64,000 bases of DNA from Candidatus Cloacimonadales bacterium (GTDB lineage Bacteria > Cloacimonadota > Cloacimonadia > Cloacimonadales > JAFGVF01). A model generated the notes under the pieces. It saw only the letters and a program-made list of their open reading frames with translations. It was not told where the DNA came from and made no database searches. This document shows positions 59,819 to 64,000 of the stretch, piece by piece. The DNA lies in contig OY759729.1 of the NCBI GenBank assembly GCA_963662585.1, positions 736,001 through 800,000 on the forward strand, in the 5' to 3' direction. Each line of letters begins with the position of its first letter. Position 1 is the stretch's first letter. Made by a program: the position numbers and the translations under genes.

Positions 59819-62147
59819 TGTCTTGTACCTCCATCATAATTTTTAAAATATCTAAAGGGCAAAAATCTTTATTCAAATAGATATTATCTAAATTTGAAGC
59901 AAATTCAACTCTAAGAATACCGTTTTTGATATCTTGAAGACCTGTTAGCATTCTTTTTAATATTTCTTTATTTATTCCAAATATTTTAAAGGGAGTATGC
60001 TCTTGGTCGTCTCTATACAATTCATTGAGGCTTAAATCATAATATCCATTATTTTCTGCGAATTTATATAAACAATACATAATGGCCTCAGGAGATATTG
60101 AGTCACTCATAACTCTATCGAGAGTTATAAAAGCATTACCTTTCTTCTCTAATCTACCAAACAATTTTTCTTTTTTTAATGTTTCGGACACATCGAATAT
60201 TTTAATTAGTGCTTTTAATGGATTATTCAAAGAGGATTTCTTATGGTAGTAAGTAGAATCAAGTAAATCTAATAGATCTTTTACCTTCCATTCTTTGAAA
60301 TCTAAAGATGTATACCATTTAACAATTTCAGAATTATAACTTAAGTTAATGAAGATTATTTGCCATATGAGTAAAATATCTTTATCTTTTAGAGAATGGT
60401 ATAAAATTGTTGGGACTTTATTCTCCATTAACTCAGCATCTTCTAACCAATTCTTAAATGCCGTTATCATTTTAACCCCTAAGCCATCACTCCATCTATC
60501 GGGAGAAATTAAATAATTATTTAACCAATTTTCTTGCAATCCAAAAGTAGAGTATTTATCAATAGATATTTTACCTTTTTTCATTAATTTCTTATCTCCT
60601 CTTTTCATCCTTGATTTTGCTATCAAACATCCAATATCTGCAATATTAAGACAGCGTTGACAGTTTATACATTTAGTTTTATCTATTCTAAATGTTTTAT
60701 TCATTATAATTGCTCCTGTGGGACACTCAACAGCACACACATTACAATTGTTACAATAAGCAGTTTTATATGATATTTTTTTTAAAAATCTTATCAATAT
60801 ATCATTATAATCTATTTTAGTACAGGTTATTTCAATAATATTCTCATACTTAAAAATATCAAATGAGCGTAACTTACCTTCAATAGAACACTGATAACTG
60901 GTTGTTCTCTCTTTTTTTATTGAACTAATTATTGGAATTGTTTTTATCCATTCTTCAATGTTACTGTATGGATTAATTATTGAAAAGATATACTTTTCTT
61001 TATCGATAACAATATCAACTCCACATTTGAGTTCTTCTAAAGATTCCTCTCCTCCTCTAACTTTCCAGTTACCTTTAGAAATAAACTCCTTAACTAATTT
61101 AGTATCTACTATACCCCTATTTTCCAAATTTTGTTTAATTATATCAGTAAACTTGCTACAGACATCTGGATAAAGTTTGTTCAAAATATATTCTGACCAA
61201 TCTGAAGCAAATGGACAAACAATGCACCCAACCCTGGTAAGTCCAGATCTATAAGCAGAGTTTATACGAATGTTTTTATAGAAAAGATAAAGATAAACTT
61301 CAATATCTTTCCAATACAGAATCGGTCTTGTATTTATTATGTTATAATGTTTTACTCCCTCAGCAATTCTACTATATTTGCTTCGATTATTACTCTCTTC
61401 TCGTCTTACACCTTCGAAAACAATGTTCTTTCCTGATTTTCCAATGTCATTTATTATTTTATTAAGATATGGCACTGATTTGCATACAGTACAGCACCAT
61501 CTATGTAATCTACTTGGAGGTCCAAATGCTTGCCAGTTTTCAATGATGGGTTTAAATTGAGTTGCCTTATAAAGTTTAAAACCATCAAATATACTAGAAT
61601 ACATTTCTATTGTATCATCAATAGTTTTGTATGTATCAGGGATTTCCATTTCAGTATCAGAAAATATTGCGTAAAAATCACTTGGAGGAATAACTTGCAA
61701 AACGAGATCTAATATTACTTGGGAGTCTTTTCCCCCACTAAATGCAACACCGATTTTATGTGTATCCTTATACTCTTTATAAATGCTATTAATAAATTCT
61801 TTTGATTCGAATTCTAAAGTTATCAATTTTTCCCTATTAATTTCAATAAGTGATTTAACATCTATAGGTTCTATTGTTCCTGTATGAATAATTTGAAGTT
61901 TTGGTGAAGTGTATATGTCTCCTCCTGAAGCAGAAGCTATTTTCACGCCTTTATAGTAGTAGTTTCTTCCTACTGCCCATAATAATGGTGATTCTACCTT
62001 AGGGTAAGAATAAAATTTATCAAATCCAAGAAGATCCAACTCTTCAAAAAATACTGGGCGTGCATCTTTAAACTCTGTATCTTGTTTGTTTTTTGATGTA
62101 GTTAATCTTATGAGATTTTTTGGTTTATACCAAGCTAAGTCAAACAT
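59805..62147 (-). CDS. brxP: BrxP: PAPS-reductase (DndC/SspD-like) + 4Fe-4S ferredoxin + DUF4007-like C-terminal domain
   Basis: AFSGGKDS PP-loop, RWCCTVCK, GVRREES, RVGCIVCP, CNNCNVCAVECP/CINCQRC, C-terminal TFGLQENW winged-helix region. Confidence 0.88.
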   Translation of the reverse strand: MFDLAWYKPKNLIRLTTSKNKQDTEFKDARPVFFEELDLLGFDKFYSYPKVESPLLWAVGRNYYYKGVKIASASGGDIYTSPKLQIIHTGTIEPIDVKSLIEINREKLITLEFESKEFINSIYKEYKDTHKIGVAFSGGKDSQVILDLVLQVIPPSDFYAIFSDTEMEIPDTYKTIDDTIEMYSSIFDGFKLYKATQFKPIIENWQAFGPPSRLHRWCCTVCKSVPYLNKIINDIGKSGKNIVFEGVRREESNNRSKYSRIAEGVKHYNIINTRPILYWKDIEVYLYLFYKNIRINSAYRSGLTRVGCIVCPFASDWSEYILNKLYPDVCSKFTDIIKQNLENRGIVDTKLVKEFISKGNWKVRGGEESLEELKCGVDIVIDKEKYIFSIINPYSNIEEWIKTIPIISSIKKERTTSYQCSIEGKLRSFDIFKYENIIEITCTKIDYNDILIRFLKKISYKTAYCNNCNVCAVECPTGAIIMNKTFRIDKTKCINCQRCLNIADIGCLIAKSRMKRGDKKLMKKGKISIDKYSTFGLQENWLNNYLISPDRWSDGLGVKMITAFKNWLEDAELMENKVPTILYHSLKDKDILLIWQIIFINLSYNSEIVKWYTSLDFKEWKVKDLLDLLDSTYYHKKSSLNNPLKALIKIFDVSETLKKEKLFGRLEKKGNAFITLDRVMSDSISPEAIMYCLYKFAENNGYYDLSLNELYRDDQEHTPFKIFGINKEILKRMLTGLQDIKNGILRVEFASNLDNIYLNKDFCPLDILKIMMEVQDNVSK

Positions 62148-64000
62148 TTATATTTCCTTTAAAACAGTTAAATAATTTTTGTTTATTATAATTTTTTTAG
62201 ATACGATTTTATACAATAGTTCATTTTCAGTACTAGCCTTTTCAATAAATAGATTTTTATCACTATCTTTCATACCTGTTAAACCAGTGATAAAAGGGGA
62301 GAGAAAGCGATATGGTACATATTTTATAATTTTTTTTAAATTTTCTTTGATATCAATATTGTGTCTATTGTTAATCAAAGTATCAAGAACATTACTAAAG
62401 TCTGATTTCATTTCAAGGTTGAGAGCTAAGTAAATATTTTTAATTACAAAAGGGATTTGATCATATCTACTGTAATTCATTTTATTAAAGAAAACATCAT
62501 TCCAAGCAAATGCACACATTACTTCGGCCATTTCATAAAAGCTAGAACTAAGTTCATCATTTTTTGCCATATATTTTAGGGATAAGTACCAATAATACAT
62601 ATAACTAGTAGAATTACTATACACAATTCGATCTATCAATTGTTTGACTTGATTATAATTTGATATATCTTTTTTTAAATCTTCATTTAGAATCAAACTC
62701 TTTTCAATACCTTCCTTAACTGAATAATTTTTATCGTCTTTTACCATAGTATCAACTTTATAAGGGTGTTTATTAAAAGATTCGTCCACTTCCCACTCTC
62801 TCCGTTGCTCATCAAAAGTTAAAAATCTTTTATTATACACCTGAAGAGAATAACTATTTATCAGTTCAATATCAAAATTTAAGTTGATCCCAATTTTTTT
62901 TAATCTTATTTCAAATTTAGCATGGCTGATAGTTCCATTTTTCTTTGAAATAAAACTAAACAAATCACTATACTTTTTTTCATCGAATTCCTCAGCAAAA
63001 TATTTATAATAATCATAGCTGCACTTCAATGGCTTTACAAGTTCTCTATCAATATTTTGCTTTTCAGAAAATTTCATTGCATTACTTTCCTTATTTATAA
63101 CATTGTATGACTTAGGTTTATATTTATTTAAACCATTAAGATCAAATTTTTTCTTTAAAGCTAACTCACAATTGTTGTCTATGCATAAATTTGAAAAACA
63201 GTTAATATTACACTCGTGAGATAAACTCGTAATATCAGAAAAAATTGAACACTTAATACACTTATCATTACTATCCCAGAATACAAAAGATTTTGTATCA
63301 ATAACTATTGACTTCGATAAAAGATAATAAAGCCGTAACATTCTTTTCATTTCAACATTTTTTATATCATTCTTGATTTTTAAATAGGTTAAACTTGAAA
63401 TTGAAATCGGACCTTTAGCTGTATTTAGATTATTCTTAATAACATCAAATATAGTGATGTTATTGTTATTTTCTAGAACTTTCCTAACCTCACTGATAAA
63501 TGTTTCTGTTATCTGTTGAACTCGTTGTCTGCTTATATTATATTTTTCAGCAATTTTATTAAAAGTATCATAGCTACCGTTATCATTACATAGATAATCC
63601 AAAAAAATACTCTTCTTTTTAGATTTATTCTGGGGACAGGCATCTACTAGATCATAAATATTTTTTATTTCCAGATCCACAAAATAGAAAGATTCAATTT
63701 TGCTTCTAATTTCATTAATTGTTGCTGTACCACAATTTTGTTCTAGTAAAAGTTCAGAAGATTTTTTCAACAGAAGTTGTTTTATATTAATCAAACCTAA
63801 AGCAGATATGACATTCATTGCTCTAACACTAAGGTTTAATACATTTACATATTCTTCACCTCTATAAGAGCTATGAAGATCAATATCATTTGAAAAATCA
63901 TAATTTTCTGAGAATAAAGGCAACATAACCAATGTATCTTTTGTAACATGCTTATCCTTAAAAAAATCTATATTTATAGGTTCATCTAATATTTTTTCTT
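62148..64000 (-). CDS. Partial (5' end off-window) fusion: RNAP alpha-CTD-like + sigma70 region-4-like HTH + HNH-associated N-terminal-type domain
   Basis: LNLSVRAMNV..LL..QNCGTATINEI; TFNKIAEKYNISRQRVQQI; NSTSYMYYWYLSL...YVPYRFLSPF; no stop between 63932 and the window end. Confidence 0.75.
   Translation of the reverse strand, partial: EKILDEPINIDFFKDKHVTKDTLVMLPLFSENYDFSNDIDLHSSYRGEEYVNVLNLSVRAMNVISALGLINIKQLLLKKSSELLLEQNCGTATINEIRSKIESFYFVDLEIKNIYDLVDACPQNKSKKKSIFLDYLCNDNGSYDTFNKIAEKYNISRQRVQQITETFISEVRKVLENNNNITIFDVIKNNLNTAKGPISISSLTYLKIKNDIKNVEMKRMLRLYYLLSKSIVIDTKSFVFWDSNDKCIKCSIFSDITSLSHECNINCFSNLCIDNNCELALKKKFDLNGLNKYKPKSYNVINKESNAMKFSEKQNIDRELVKPLKCSYDYYKYFAEEFDEKKYSDLFSFISKKNGTISHAKFEIRLKKIGINLNFDIELINSYSLQVYNKRFLTFDEQRREWEVDESFNKHPYKVDTMVKDDKNYSVKEGIEKSLILNEDLKKDISNYNQVKQLIDRIVYSNSTSYMYYWYLSLKYMAKNDELSSSFYEMAEVMCAFAWNDVFFNKMNYSRYDQIPFVIKNIYLALNLEMKSDFSNVLDTLINNRHNIDIKENLKKIIKYVPYRFLSPFITGLTGMKDSDKNLFIEKASTENELLYKIVSKKIIINKNYLTVLKEI

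Noticed and set aside
59805..62147. Sulfate-assimilation cysH
   Set aside because: At 780 aa with a DUF4007-like tail and coupling to brxC-pglZ-brxL it fits BrxP; no cys genes are nearby.
801..62433. Numerous 60-120 aa ORFs antisense to or nested in long genes
   Set aside because: They are shadow frames of well-supported genes and carry no motifs.
62148..64000. Calling this gene rpoA or a true sigma factor
   Set aside because: Only an alpha-CTD-like segment and a region-4-like HTH are visible; no alpha-NTD or sigma region 2 in the visible part, and the context is a defence operon.
1..64000. tRNA, rRNA or prophage genes
   Set aside because: None recognised by eye; a tRNAscan/Infernal run would be needed to exclude small RNAs.

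Overview
AT-rich bacterial chromosomal window. The C-terminal FlgD/T9SS-like tails and overall gene content suggest an anaerobic FCB-group organism such as Cloacimonadota (inference only). It holds housekeeping blocks (apbE-folE2-M16 peptidase; ppdK; korAB; a flavin/Fe-S amine oxidoreductase pair; a long lptB-rpoN-lpdA-lipA-hpf-hprK-ptsH-ptsI-pgi block followed by DUF4954-DUF1232-rdgB-pgm), three large secreted proteins (two adjacent ones with cohesin/dockerin-like modules), and a complete group IIC intron inserted right after an intrinsic terminator. There is also a stand-alone RloA/RloB-type ATPase-Toprim pair and several intergenic mosaics of REP-like palindromes, including a 462-bp tandem duplication behind xerC. 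The right end (about 52.6-64 kb) is a tightly coupled type-4 BREX (phosphorothioation-type) operon, brxP-brxC-pglZ-brxL. It is headed by an unusual gene that runs off the window and fuses an RNAP alpha-CTD-like domain, a sigma70 region-4-like HTH and a C-terminal domain resembling the N-terminal (possibly phosphorothioate-reading) part of HNH nucleases, but with no HNH. This is the best candidate for an undescribed system. All calls are by-eye motif recognition; no database searches were run.
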